Part shown: positions 33,114 to 46,391 of the stretch, piece by piece
How the letters are laid out: each line of letters opens with the position of its first letter
How positions within the stretch are numbered: the first letter of the stretch is position 1
From: Basidiobolus meristosporus CBS 931.73
Lineage: Eukaryota > Fungi > Basidiobolomycota
Direction of reading: 5' to 3'
Length of the DNA: 64,000 nt
NCBI GenBank assembly: GCA_002104905.1
Contig: MCFE01000127.1
Coordinates: 1-64,000 of the forward strand
Position numbers and translations under genes: made by a program
Notes under the pieces: generated by a model
Seen by the model: only the letters and a program-made list of their open reading frames with translations
What the model was told of the DNA's origin: nothing
The model's database searches: none

Positions 33114-36100
33114 ATGATTGAACAGTCTGAGGACCAAATGACTAGCGTTGAGGTGGCAATTCCTTCGCATTCTGAACCCCCACCTCTGGTGAAACGAGAC
33201 ACTTTTGGACATTCGATGCAGCATCCCAACGACATACTTGCTCAGCTCATATCGATGGGCTTTTCTCCTTCCATGGCTGAAACCGCCATCTTCGAGAGTG
33301 GAGGCGGTAGTCTAGACAGAGCCCTGGCTTGGTTACTTGACAGTCATGAGCCTGTTCCTGAGGAAGATCCCCAAGTCAAAGATGATGCTTCGGAAGAGGA
33401 AGATACCTCAGATTTATACGTGGAGACGGACGATGGTAATGATGCCCTTTTACTCCATTTTGCAGCGTCTTCCGCACTTCTGGTACAGCATTCAACTCAT
33501 CTTATTTGACTCCCTAGATGTCCGCATACAGAAAAAAGTCCCGCCACCCTCCACAACTCGACCCCAAAAATCCATCTTGAAAACCACCTCAGCATATCAA
33601 AGCTCACTCAACCACTCCTCGAAATCTCGGATCCGAGACTGGATCTTTGGGGGTCCGAAAGCAGCTACCAACACGACCACTAAAGCCAACACTTCTAACT
33701 TCATGCGAAACACCCTATTGAGATACAAAGCCAATGCTCATAACGACGAGCCAGCCGTCTTGTTGGACGAAGAGGAAGACGACATAGCAGGGCCGGTGGA
33801 GAAGGAGGTCAAGAGGGTTCGCTTCTGTACTGACCTGCATCTGGAAGTTCCTCCTTCACCCATCGACTGGTCGGCTACTCCAGATACAGCAAGCGAGGAA
33901 GCTGAAGCAACCGACAACATCGAGGAGCAAAAGCCTCGTATTGAAGAGAAATATACCCCAGGTCAGGTGCTGGAGCATTATGAAGCAACCTGCCGTACCC
34001 GTGAGGTGCCCGTCATGGAACAGCTCATCTCCACCTTCAAGGTAACTGTCGTACTCTACATAGCATTTGATGCCTTACTGTGACCTAGCCAATATATAGC
34101 GTGCCGAGAGCCGCAAGCAAACCCTATCCAGCATCGAGCTTCAAAGCGTCCCGTTCACCCGCGAATCCATGCTTACCTTTACTGACTCTCTCGATTTACC
34201 ATTTGGTCTCACGAAATTGACGCTTGAGAACTGTGGCCTCGATGATGATGTAAGGACCACCCAGGCCTACCTTGTCGGCCCGTCCTCACTAAACCCCGTT
34301 TCTATTGGTAGCTCCTGAAAACCTTGGTACATAGTCTGATCTTCACTTGCCAGATATCCGAGCTCAGCCTGGCCCGCAACAAGAAGATCAAGCACGGCGG
34401 ACTTCGTTACATTGGCCTGTTTATCAAGAAGGTTGTTTCGGAATGCATTCTGCGCTAGAAGCATGTGCTAACCCACCGTTGGACGGCACCAGTCCCAGCA
34501 TCTCAAGCATCTAGATCTATCGGGGATCCCGCTGGATAAAAAAGCCGCCCGTCTAATCGGGCCTTACTTCGCCGCCCGCCAGAAGAATGGACTGGAGAGT
34601 CTGAAGATGGACGAGTGTGGCCTAAAGAGCAACATCTTGGAATTCATAGGTATCGAGTGTCTTGCGAACTCACCACCCATCGGGCTTTGCTGACTTTGCT
34701 CATAGTCCCATCCCTTCGACGCTCCTCTATTCGTAGCCTGAGTCTGCGCAAGAACCAGATTAACCACGTGGGGGCTCTTTGGATCGGAGTTCTGCTGAGA
34801 GATTATGAAGACGAGATCGCCCCAGAAATCGTGTACTCGCGTACCCGCCCTTGCCCTCCGCCAGTATTCGGATGGAAGGTCGGGCTCGAACGGTTGGACG
34901 TGAGCATGAACGAAATCAAGGTAAGTACAACCGCCGGACCGTTGCGTAGCGTGCAGCCCCTAATCGTTGCTTTCCACCAGGGTGGTGTGCAATACGTTGC
35001 CCAAAGCCTGAAGCGGAACTTGATGCTAAAAGAGCTCATCCTAACCCAAAACGGGATCGACCCCCGTGGAATGGGTCAGCTGGCGGACAGTTTGGTAAGT
35101 TGGATCTCGGTGATTCTACCAATGCACCTAGTAACCGGCTCTTTGTTAGGCCCTCAATAAGAACCTGGAGTTGTTCGATCTAAGCCGGAATCCTTGTGGG
35201 ATGTCTATCGATGGGGTACGCACCCTCCACTTCAGTTGCCTACTCGGCCGAAACACTAACACACAAGCTAGATGATCGCCATGCGCTCTGCTCTCGCTTC
35301 CAACACCTCCCTTCAGACACTGATACTATCCGAGACACGTATCACCTCCGAAGGTCAGACTTCATTGCTGCGTGATGTGAGATGTCCTCAGCTTAACCAA
35401 CTTGATATGTAGGAGCGATTGCCTTGGCCGAATTTCTGCCCGAGACCAAGTGTTTGAAGAACCTTGATATATCCTCAAACCCGGAGATCGACATCGCCGG
35501 AGTCCTAGCTCTCTCGGTCAGTCTACGTATGAACTGGAGCATTGTTTGTCTGGACGTTAGTGTCGCGGTAAGTCCCCTCTTCTTTCCCTCACTTGTACAG
35601 TAATCATCGGTCTAATATGCTGCTTGATTAGCCGGATGATCCTGAGCTAGCCGAACTGTCCCGGGATATACTAAGTACCTGCATCCGAAACATGGAGAAA
35701 TACACCCAGCAGGCTCCCACAGCCCCAGACAGTAGCGACCCCCACAACGATAAAGCGCCGACTGATGGCGCTGATCATGATGCTGAAGGCTCACTGGGAA
35801 CGGAGCAACCCGAGGTAGAGACCAAGCTCGAGGAAACCGAGGCGCACATTCAACATAAAAGATCCATCAAATTCAGCGAGCCATCGATTACTCCACACAC
35901 TCAGGGCGAACGGCCTGATGGGTCGCAAGCTCATTCAGATAGCGATGGGTCACATCCAACCCTACGGGAGAAATATAGGGCAATGATCAACAATGAGGCT
36001 AACGCACTGGTTGACGGGCACCCAAACGATGGGCAGGCAAGAGATACCACAACGATACTGGAGGATCCTCCGAACGTAACGAGCCCTGAGAAGGAGCAAC

Positions 36101-36390
36101 CGTCCCCGCTGAATTCTGCATCCAATCTTTCAAACAGCCAGCAAAATCGCTCACAGGAAGCCGTGGTAACCCAGACGCCCTCAAATCCCCTATTTCATAG
36201 CGGCAGGGACTCGCTTGCATCGATTGAGGATCAGGCCATGCCCAACGGAGAAGAGGCAGTCAAGGAGAAGGGCAAAAGAATGGAAAATGAGGAAGCGCAG
36301 GCATTACGGAGCCAGACCAAGAGTGGATCGAAGAGAGAGATAGACAGCAACCACGCCAGCAGCCATACGGTCCTTGTCAATCCTCAATAA
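33114..36390 (+). CDS. UBA-domain, RNI-like leucine-rich-repeat protein with KSILK and KRVRF motifs (GIP3/MHP1/PPP1R37-like)
   Basis: UBA-like LAQLISMGFS..MAETAIF..GGSLDRALAWLL. SILK and RVxF PP1-docking motifs. Repeated LxxLxLxxNxI units (LTLENCGL, LSLRKNQI, LDVSMNEI, LILTQNGI, LDISSNPEI) across multiple GT-AG introns. 3' end uncertain. Confidence 0.7.
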
Positions 36391-36734
36391 ACGGCCGTAC
36401 TCTCGACGACTTGGACGAGCTGCTGGGACATTTTCCTTCCGCCACCCACTCCAAGAGATCCCACCGAAACCCCACACCAACCCACCATCATCCCATTCTG
36501 CTTCCTGTAATGAATAATTGTGACCACATTTTTCGAAGTGTAGCGACTGATCTCCAATATCATTGAATTAAATTCCCCAACTTTCAAGCACGATGGCTCG
36601 CGGATCGTGATTCGAAATGATCGAATCCACATTGGTCCCTCAATTTGCTGACCCTACTTCTACTATCCCAGACAAGCAAGCATCCCTCTTCTGGCCTACT
36701 ACTGTATCACTTACCTGCAAGCCCACCCGCCCAA

Positions 36735-37294
36735 ATGTCAAACTGGCAGGTGAGTCGCCCGGCTGTCGCGTCTTCCTGCAGGGGGCAACAGCAGCAGTGT
36801 CAGAAGGAATCTGCTCGGCGACACCGAGGACGGCCGAATGCAAGCGGACGCCCATCTAGTCGAGCAACAAAGTGATCTGAAGCTTGAGGGACTTTGCGGC
36901 AGAGTGTCCGCATTGCATCGTGCAAATAGAGAACCCCGTTCGTCTGGCTACACTTCCTGTGAGGACTAACCAGTCTCCTTCAGATCACCACCAACATATA
37001 TGACGAGGTAGAAGGACAAAGCCTACTCGTGGATGAGATGGTACGTATCCACCTGCCCATCCGCTCCGAATGATTCTAAATGGAACCACTGACTGGCAGG
37101 GAACCTCCTTCAACTCGTTTGGAACCCGTTTTAAGGGAACCACGCAACGCCTTACCCAGATGATATCGGTCCCTCACAAACGACACATGTGTCATATGCT
37201 TCTGGCCGTACTTTTTGTTCTCTACAGGTTATCCCTTAGAGCAGCAAACACAAGCCAGTCGGCGGCTGTGGAGTCACCTCAACACGATTCATGA
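36735..37294 (+). CDS. Bet1/Sft1-like Qc-SNARE, possibly degenerate
   Basis: LVEQQSDLKLEGLCGRVSALHR / ITTNIYDEVEGQSLLVDEM / GTSFNSFGTRFKGTTQRLTQM...MLLAVLFVLY (SNARE helix plus hydrophobic tail). The first exon is out of phase and the second donor is non-canonical. Confidence 0.6.
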
Positions 37295-37503
37295 AAGTGA
37301 TGTCGCTTTATTCCAGATCTTGGATGAATTGTAAATAAACACTCATTGATTCCCAGCGTTCCGACAACAACCCGTTGGGATTCCCCACAATTGATTTGGA
37401 TCATTGGTGGCACATCCAAGGGGATTGCAGGGGAATATTTAAGACCAGTGATGGCAGAGGGGGGAAGGGGTGGGAGAGATGGGTCACCCACACTACTGAG
37501 TAC

Positions 37504-38576
37504 TCAATGAGACTTCACCCTATTCTTGCCCTGCTTGGCCACCAGGGCGTCCACCTCTTGGGCTTGCTTCTCGTAGATCTTTTTGGTACCTCGAAGCTCC
37601 ACATTGTAGACCTCATCACTTGGCTTTCTGTAAGAGCCACCGACACGGTCCCATAGGGTGAGGTACTGTCCGTAGTTGTAGTTGAAATACAGGTGGTGCA
37701 CGGTGTGGTGGGCGGCGCTATTGATAACCGGGTCCTGGGTGAAATACTCCCCTAAGAAGAAAGTTACGTTGGGTCGTGTTCAGGGAACTCGCCTCTACGG
37801 GGTGAACCGCTTACCATCGTGGATCAGAACTGACCAGACCTGGACGAACACAAACAGCCCAAGATAGAGAAACTTGTGCATTGGGAAAAGGAATATGCAA
37901 ATATGGTAGGGGAGGGATTGGGCCCAGCCGTCAATGGGATGGAATGCGATAGAAGCGTATGGAGTAGGGACTAGAATGGAATGGGTAAGCTGTCTGTCAT
38001 TGGCCGCCTACACTATGTTACCTACCGATCCATTTGTGGTGGGGCTGGCAAGAAGAGACGTAGAGTAAGTCCGTTGTTCGAGCAGACCAAATACTACACT
38101 AGAAATACCTTGTGAATGAGAGCATATACAGATCTGTGATGCAGCCCTCGGTGAATCCAGTAGATTCCGAAGTCAGTGATAAACAGAAACACGAAGATGC
38201 TTAACACCCAGTAGGTCCACCCGTACTCCTCCACATTTTCGTAGAGTCGAGAGTATCCGCGGACTTCCAGGATGAAAAAGGGGGAAGTCAGAAGTGCCAT
38301 GAGCGGAATAGCGTCTGTAGCCATCTTGATCTCCTGTTGGATTTGATTTTTCAGGAAACGTGGATGTTTCATCTGCCTCTTATCGAAAAATACATAGAAC
38401 GAAAAGGTCGAGAACAGCATGTATATGGTGTAGGCCCCAAAGCCGCTGAGGCATGTCAGACTGCAGAATTGGCGGAGTAGTTGCTCACGTTCGAGGGCGG
38501 GAAGACCAATGTAGCCAAGACCCTGGTAGACCTTGTCAAATGCGTACTCGTCTGCTAGCCACAGGATGTAGTCCAT
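37504..38576 (-). CDS. ERG3: C-5 sterol desaturase (ERG3), paralog A, 3 introns
   Basis: Histidine boxes HRGLH, HKPHH and HTVHH; [21 protein letters not shown]; [20 protein letters not shown]. Spliced frame intact. Confidence 0.92.
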
Positions 38577-39057
38577 GTTTGATCAACTGAAAAGGTTGCA
38601 AGGGGGAATCGGCCCTTTTGTACAAATCCATTGTTACACGTGTCGTGGATGCTGAATGCGGTAATTTGGAAGCGCTACCAGTCAATATACAGTTTCACCT
38701 AAAACTATTTGTATTACTAATAACCTTGGTAGAAATGCTCCCTACGTATCATCTGCATTAGTTTATTGAGATCCACGAAATGCCTATTCAAAAGGAGAAA
38801 TGAAGACACAAGTGCCTTTTTTGTATTTCACCGCAGTATACATGTTTGTGAAAGTAATCTTTATCAGATCTTCCATTTCTGGAAGGCGAGGATTTCAATC
38901 TGATAACGAATTGGTCCAGCAATAATATGGCAAATCAGTAGTTCAGCTAATGGATGGTCATTGGCCAACTTTGGTTGAGGGTTGTAAACAGGGAGTTCTT
39001 TTATTGTTGCTTCAACTTGAATAGCCTTGAAACACCATTGCCAGTGAGTTGGGTGGA

Positions 39058-42000
39058 TTAAAAAGAAGCAAAGTTGTTCTTCAGTTGGATTTTTGGTTTT
39101 GAAGTCTCTTGGCTTCCTTGAGAGCGTGGGTTGCCGTTGGATGACTGCACACTCTGTCTAATGGCATGCTCCAGCTTTGTACGCATGTCAGGCTCCAAGT
39201 TGCCGAGAACAGTTTTGAAGTCCTGCGGGCATTCTGTCGCAAGGGTCACCAGCTTTGCGATGATAATCTGATGGAGCGCGGATGGATTTTCTAGTTCTTC
39301 AATGCTGTCCAACAGGCTAACCAATGTACACATCACAAGGCTGAAGAGCGTAGACCCTGAGGAGGAAGTGGATCAAGAGTTAGCAGTATATAGGGAGGAA
39401 TCTCACTGACAGTTGTACATACTTTTCTCATGTTTAGTTGAGGATGCTAATGCAATCAGGAATCCTGCCGCCTCTTCGACGACCTCTTGGTTGATCGAGT
39501 CCCTGGAGGCTTCATCATTCCTTGATTTTGCCTCATAGAGGTATTTGATGATTTCGGGGATTAGCACTTGTAGTACACTGGAGGAGATCTCTTTAGAGCC
39601 GGAATCGGGTTTGTTGTTCTGATATAAAAAGGCTTTTGCGTATTGTAGTGCGGACTGAGCAATCTTGATGGTCAGAGGAATTGGATACAATGTTAGCAAA
39701 GTGTGGCGCAGACATAGTTTGCTAAATAACCAACCTGAGCATGAGGTGTGAAGAGGTATGCCACAAACATAGCCGAGAGTTTTTGGGAGAATTCTCGATC
39801 ACAGTACGTAGTGCAGTTTGTGAGGAACAGCACCACGAACATCAACGTATTGTTAATGATTGTGATATCCTTGTCCAGATATTCTTGAGAGCTACAGCTA
39901 AGATTCGTCAGAGTGGAGTCACTACGTATATATATCAGATGGTTAGGCTACCTTTCAATGTCAACGGAGGACACTACGGTATCCAAGACCTGTGATATGA
40001 TGTCCGAGATGGCTTTACGATCTTGTGAAATCCTTCCAGCTTCAACTGCAATGAAGAGATTTCTGTGGATTAACATGAATCTCGCAACCTCTTCCTTCGA
40101 AAAACCGATAGTATGTATAGCAGCTAGGAATCAAAAGGATTAGAATGGCTCGTATGGAAACCATCAAAAAGACTTACTTGCTGAGGCATGGAGTAACGTT
40201 GCGAACAACTCAAGGCTAACAGGGTCCGGGGAAATCAAGATTATACTCGAGAATGCATCTAAAGCAGCTAAAATCGATAAGGGCCCATGGGAATTAGTCG
40301 GCAACGCTAGAGGGTCAAGAAAGTTAGAAGTGGTTCATTCCATTGACTGGTAGGGTGTCTTACAGGTCATTGGAGCTTCCGGCGAAAGCTCGGGAATGTT
40401 TTTCGAGAGCCCAAGAGCGAGGATTTTTGTGCATAAATATGCCTTGGTAGTCTTGAAAATGTCTTCGAATTCGTCATTACTGCCAAAGCATTTGAGCAAT
40501 TAGTCATTGTGAAGACTTGACGCAGTACAAACAACCGTTCACAAACCTGATATCTGACATTTCAGCATATAGGTAGTCACTTGAATACTCCGTAGCTAAC
40601 GTCTTAAAAACCTCGGTAATGGCAACTTGGATGACATTTGACTCGTGGATCATCAACTTCTCTAGTACACATATGATCTCCATGAATAGTGAATGCTCCA
40701 AGCACTGGTTACCAGCCACCAAAGGCTTCAAAATGGACCGCAAAGCTTTGACGAGCACAAGAATAGCATCTAGGCTATTTGAATAGCCGCGGGTTTTGGA
40801 TGGTTCTGCCAGAGCCTCGACGCATAATCCAAGCAGAACGAAGAAGAATCTCGACGGCGTGTCGTAATTTTCGTCATTTCCGGTGTTCTCCCGTAGTTTG
40901 GTGAGAATATGGTCGTTATTGGTATCGATTAGAACTGAAATTGCGTTCATAATCGGAATCCAAGCACTCTCGTAGTAAGGCAGTATAACTCCTATTACTG
41001 AAGATCCATAAATGGATTCCAGGCCTGAAGTTAAAACACCAGCACTGAGGCCATTAGAGCCGGTAACTCCGGTTGCTCCAAGCCTTACCTTAGCGTAGTC
41101 CTGCACAAATAAAAGCCAAAGCTCGCATAAGATCTCCAGTCTAGGTTCTATGACGTCCAGGAGATACTCTTCGGTTCGGGATAAGACAAATAGCTCCGCC
41201 CATATCTTTAGAGTGGTTATTTTCACTAGTATTTTCCCGTCAGGGCTTTCACTATTCACAGTATCCACAGAACTCTCACTAAGAATAGTTGTCAAAAGCT
41301 TCACCATCCGTCCCAATGTTCCGATTTCTCTAACGATGTTACTCGCTATGAAATCACCACAAACTTGGATAGCAGAGGTGATAACCTCTGGTGCAGTTTC
41401 AGTGGAGAATGCAGGTGCTAAAGCAGACGTAATCTGGGCCTGGTATTGCTCCAAGATCATAGCTTCCTCAAAGTCAGGGTCTGTAGTGGCCGCAAAATGC
41501 TTGATAATGTCACTCAACAATGACAAGCCGTCAAGTCGAATCTGGATAATCGAGGAGGTGGCAGCAACAAAAGACATTTTGATAAGCTCCGGTAGTCTAA
41601 AAACTAGAAACCCTGAATTGGATGGGAACGTTTCCTTCGCATACACCATGTCGAAATGGGCCTTTTCATCGCTTTTAGCCAAAAGGATCACTATTTCTCT
41701 TAAGCAATCTAGGGCAAATAGCTGGGCGCGCCATCTAGACGGAAGTTTGGAGAAATCTTCAGTTGTCGATTGTCCCGAGGCCGAAGCAGAAGTGGCTGTA
41801 GCGGTGAAGGCAACTGAGTCATCACCGTACTCATCTGTATCGGTAGCTTTGTGCTCCCCACTCGACTCGGAAGAGGTCTTCGACAGAATTTTCTTACATA
41901 TATCGAACCATTTCAAGGGCTCCTCAATGACTGTTTGAGACAAATGGCTTTTGATGACTCTCTTGGCATCTTCCATCTCTAATCCGTCGTCAAGTAGGAA

Positions 42001-45000
42001 GAAAAGTTGCTCCCGTAGGCCTGGTCTTGCATTCTTCAGTACATCCTTCACGTTGCGCTGTACAAGCTGGTATAAGCACGTTACAGCAGCAGACTTCAGT
42101 CGGAAATTAAAGCTGTATAGCTGGTCTTGGAGGAAGGGGATCAAGGAAGAGATATCCACACAATTCGGGGCGAACATCAGGAGATGTTGAACACATTTTA
42201 TGTATTCTACTACGACCAACGACTCATCATTATGCTTGAGCTCGTCAATTAAACACAGGCAGATCTCTCTAACTTTCGTCGCTGCCTGAAGCTCAGGTCC
42301 CAACGTCCCAATCAACGCGTATAAAAGATGTCCCAAGGTTTGGTACACAACTTCTTGGGCCATACCGAATGGTGGGTTGATAAGCGAATGGTACCCTTGC
42401 TCATGCCCCTCAGACATAAACACTTTGGCAATTACCCCAATAGTACCGTTTACGTAGGGTGCAAACATAGATCCAGCGGAATCGATAGTCAAAGAGAGGG
42501 CCTTGAGTGCCCACGAGTGAACAGTAGGGTGAGAATCACTACTCAAAGAGTGTAGTATTCCGACTACTGTCTTCAGATGCACATTCGCTGCTATACCGCC
42601 CACTCGATTATATATGCAACTCAAGGCAATGACGCATCCACTTCTAACGTTCGGGTCGCGGTCATTAACTATCACATCAACAAGGTATTGTATTTGGCTC
42701 GTAATAAACGGGTTGCCAACAATCTGCGCCAAGAGCCCAAGGGCTTGGCCACTAGCACACCTGACATAGGGATCGCTATTAGGCAAGAAAGACTGTTTAA
42801 ATTAGTCATGGGCTTCGACGGTCAATAGCACGCTTGCATTACCTGCAATATCTCTTTTGCAAGAGCGGTGGTTCTTCCCTGGGGGGTTGGAATAGAGATT
42901 TTTTCCGTCCTTTTGGAAGCTAACCTTTCAAGATTTTCCAAGGTCTTGAGTAGCACCACAATAGCATTCACCTGAACAGCAATCTTTCGATCGGGGCTCT
43001 TGTCGAGCTTAGGGTTTTTCAGCGATTTCCAGAGCTGCTCCAGAGTGAATTCTTGAACACTGGAGCTAAGATATGGGAAGATGATAGTGATCAGATCAAT
43101 AGCGGAATCCGTAACTCCGACAATTGACGGCATAGACTTTGGGAAACGGCAGCAACTTTGCGCCAATACGCTGCTATAATAAGTGGTGTAAAGCTTGCTA
43201 GGATCGTATTCAGGTGCACCAACTATAGGCTGAATAAACTATATGTTGTGAAGAATCCGAGTTAGACCCAACTGCGAATACCATGACAACGGATATACCA
43301 GTGTTTACCTCTTGGTCTATCTCTCTAAAATCTATGATGTTGGCTCTCCATTCTTTTGTAATATCGACTTCACCTGCAGGTTCAAGAACTTGATCCCATG
43401 ATTTCGTCAAGAAGCTGCTGTTCATTCCACAACCGTAGCCTTGGAAAATGCTCGATCCTGCATTTCCCATGGTACTGGCTGTATTGGCACGATCAGGAGT
43501 AAACTCGGGCTCCGTGATTAGTTCGATGGCAGTTTTGAGCAGGGACGAAAACGACGTTTCGAAAGCAGGAGTGGGCTTCAACACGGAGTAACACTCAAAC
43601 AGTCTTTTTCTTACGAGGTTCTCGCATTCGGTAAGATCAAGAGTACAAGGGAACAGTTGCGAGGAGGAAGTGTTAGAAGAAAGGATGCTCGATGGGATGA
43701 GAGCCAAGAATGCTAGAGTGTTATCCAGGAACTGAGTTATTCTCTTGGCCGCATCGGTGGTAATCAACTCTTCTCCATTGTGGATCAAAAAGCTATACAA
43801 TGCACCTAGAGCAACCTCTCGGATCTGTAGCATGTACAACCAATCAGTGACCCCTCGGTTGGCGTCTTTGGCCAGCATTTTTGGAAGCGAGTTGCGCCAC
43901 AGGATCATCAACTGTGACATGTGTAGCTGTGAGAATTGAGGACCAATGCACATCAATGAGCCGATCAGTGACCATCCAACTCGATACTCCACACTACTAA
44001 TCCACATATGCTGGGTCTCACTAGAAGTTGCATTCTTCAACAACCGGACCGCTACCGAAAAAATACCGCCATACAGCTCATGAGATATGTATAGTTGCTT
44101 CTCCGGAATAAGCGTGATTAGAGCGCAAAGAACCTGGCTTAAGCCTAAGCATTTTTTAAATACACCCATGGAGGAAGTTGGTACTGTAACATTGGTGGGT
44201 ATTGTTCGCTGCAGCAACTTCAGGATTTTGGATATGAGCTTCGGCAAATGGGCAGGCAAGGAATAACATAAACTCCGAAAACAGGAGGCAAGCGCGATTT
44301 GGACGGTATGACTAGTGTGCCCCAATAACGTCACTAAGGGGTCAATGAGTGAGTCCTATTAGATTAGAATGCAAATTAATCAACTCATCCATGGTGTAGA
44401 ATGTTTAGAATCAGAAGTACTTGAACAGAGCTAGCAACACCGCCAAGATCTAGAACCAGCCCATTCACTTCATTTAAAACACAGCGCAATATGTATTTGG
44501 AAGGATTGTTAGACTCCCAAGGCTTGATCCACGTATTCGTTAGCTCGCGAACCGCTAACACTTGGCCTTGCTCGCTGAGCAGTCGCTTTCCAATTATATC
44601 ACGGAGAAGAAAGCTACACCATTCTTGTACGCAAAGAATGTCCAGCTTGCTTCCACTAAGGTTTTTGCCCACTAGTTCCACTATGATGTGTTTTGAGATT
44701 GCGGCATAATTAGCTTCAATGAAATTGGAACCAAGACTTAATAACAGCTCCGAATAAGTCTCGATAATACCGACACGAGATTCTCTCGTGGTTAACTTTG
44801 AAAAACAGGAAGAAAGCGCGGCTAACGTTTCTTCAATACTAAACACGCCGTTTTCATCTCTTCTGGACCCGGTTTCAAAGGTAGGTGAGCTGCTTTGCGA
44901 TGGGAACGAAACGCTCTTCGCCATTCTAATGCCGCCTTTGGTTGATGCTGTAGCCATGACGGGTGATTGGGTAGTTGCTGTTATAACAGCAGCTAACGAA

Positions 45001-46104
45001 GCAATCTCACGGCGTACATCGTAGTTGGATCCCTCGAAAGCCTTGAATATTTGCAATAAAAGAATATCCAAATCATTTGCAATCGACGAGACCAAATAAG
45101 TGGTTTGAGATGCCACCTCTCTCAGGCACTGAAATAAAGTACACAACTTAGTAATTATCGGGGAAACGCGGCTTCATATTAAGCGTGTACCAACCTCGGC
45201 ACAGGCAATTCTAATGGCAAAGCTTTTGTCACAAAGCCCGTTTTTCATATACTTGACTATCTCTTTTAAGGACTGGTCTGGAGCATTTTTGCCGCTGCCG
45301 TGGACAATCTTTCCTATAGTGCGTATTGCTTCGACTTTAATTAAACCGGCAGACTGCTGCAATGGAGTTTAGCATTCCCCTATAGATCAAATGGCAACAG
45401 ATGTCATATGACTTACTTCAGATACGTTTTTAACTATCTTGAGCAAGCCAGTGGTTGTATCTATAAAGTAAGAGCCAATCTGGTAGGAAATGTTAAGTTG
45501 TTGTTGCGAGCTGATGATGTACTGGGTATGATGCTTTACCTTGGAGCCACAGCTTTCGAACAGCGCACCAACACAATGCATAGCGGCACTGGATTCCAAC
45601 TATTAGTATGCTGAATAAAGAAATATCTGGATATTTTTCCATTTTACATCTTAGTTATCCTATCGTTTGTGCTCTTGCCAAGAAAAGCTATCGTATTCAG
45701 TGAATTCAAAGTGTCCGGCAAGCGTAGAGTGTCCCCCTTTTGATATATAACAACGAGACAGCGTCCCAAGATTTGACGATGAGGTTTCTTGATTTTTGGT
45801 GAAGAGTAAGTGAAAAACCGAAACAATTGCTTGATGAGATCATCTTGTATGGTTTTGAGGGCTTCCTAGATGTGGGGTTATATGTTATTGTTCCACAGGC
45901 TGAGAACTTGGGATTAAAGATGTATACTTTCGGAATCTTCTGTAGCTCCTTTTCCAACGACGTTAACCACTGTAGCAGAATTAACTCTTGCTTCTCTACA
46001 GAACTGGCTGAAGCAACTAAGGCATCTTCATTAAACTTGAAAGGATCGTACACCTGAGAATTCTCAACTGTCTTTATGTTTTCTAAGGAGCTATCGTTCG
46101 ACAT
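39058..46104 (-). CDS. LAA1: Large HEAT-repeat protein, LAA1/HEATR5 family (AP-1 accessory), multi-exon
   Basis: N-terminal ELILLQWLTSLEKEL; ALHCVGALFESCG; DPYVRCASGQALGLLAQIVG; RSGCVIALSCIY..VGGIAANVHLKTVVGILHSL; ILEQYQAQITSALAPAF; C-terminal PKIQLKNNFASF. Confidence 0.85.
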
Positions 46105-46391
46105 GGATATTCAACTAGACTTCTTCAAAACACGTCTCCTGGTTTTATGGGAAGGGGCTTCGAATATATCTATTTACTGCTTGGGAGTATGTGAGAATCA
46201 AATTTCGGTTATTAATGAAGATTAGCCTGATAGAAATTGCCTGATTTGGTCCCCAAAGCGTTGGTTTATTGATTGATGAGAAATCGAACACCACATAATT
46301 GATAGACATGCTCTGCTCGATTAAAAGATGACTCGATTCTTTATTGATTTATACATACATGTTTAAATGCAAGGACAGGAACTATTAGTTA

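Noticed and set aside
41150-41938. 262-aa ORF antisense to LAA1
   Set aside because: Shadow ORF of a long coding exon with no recognisable motif.
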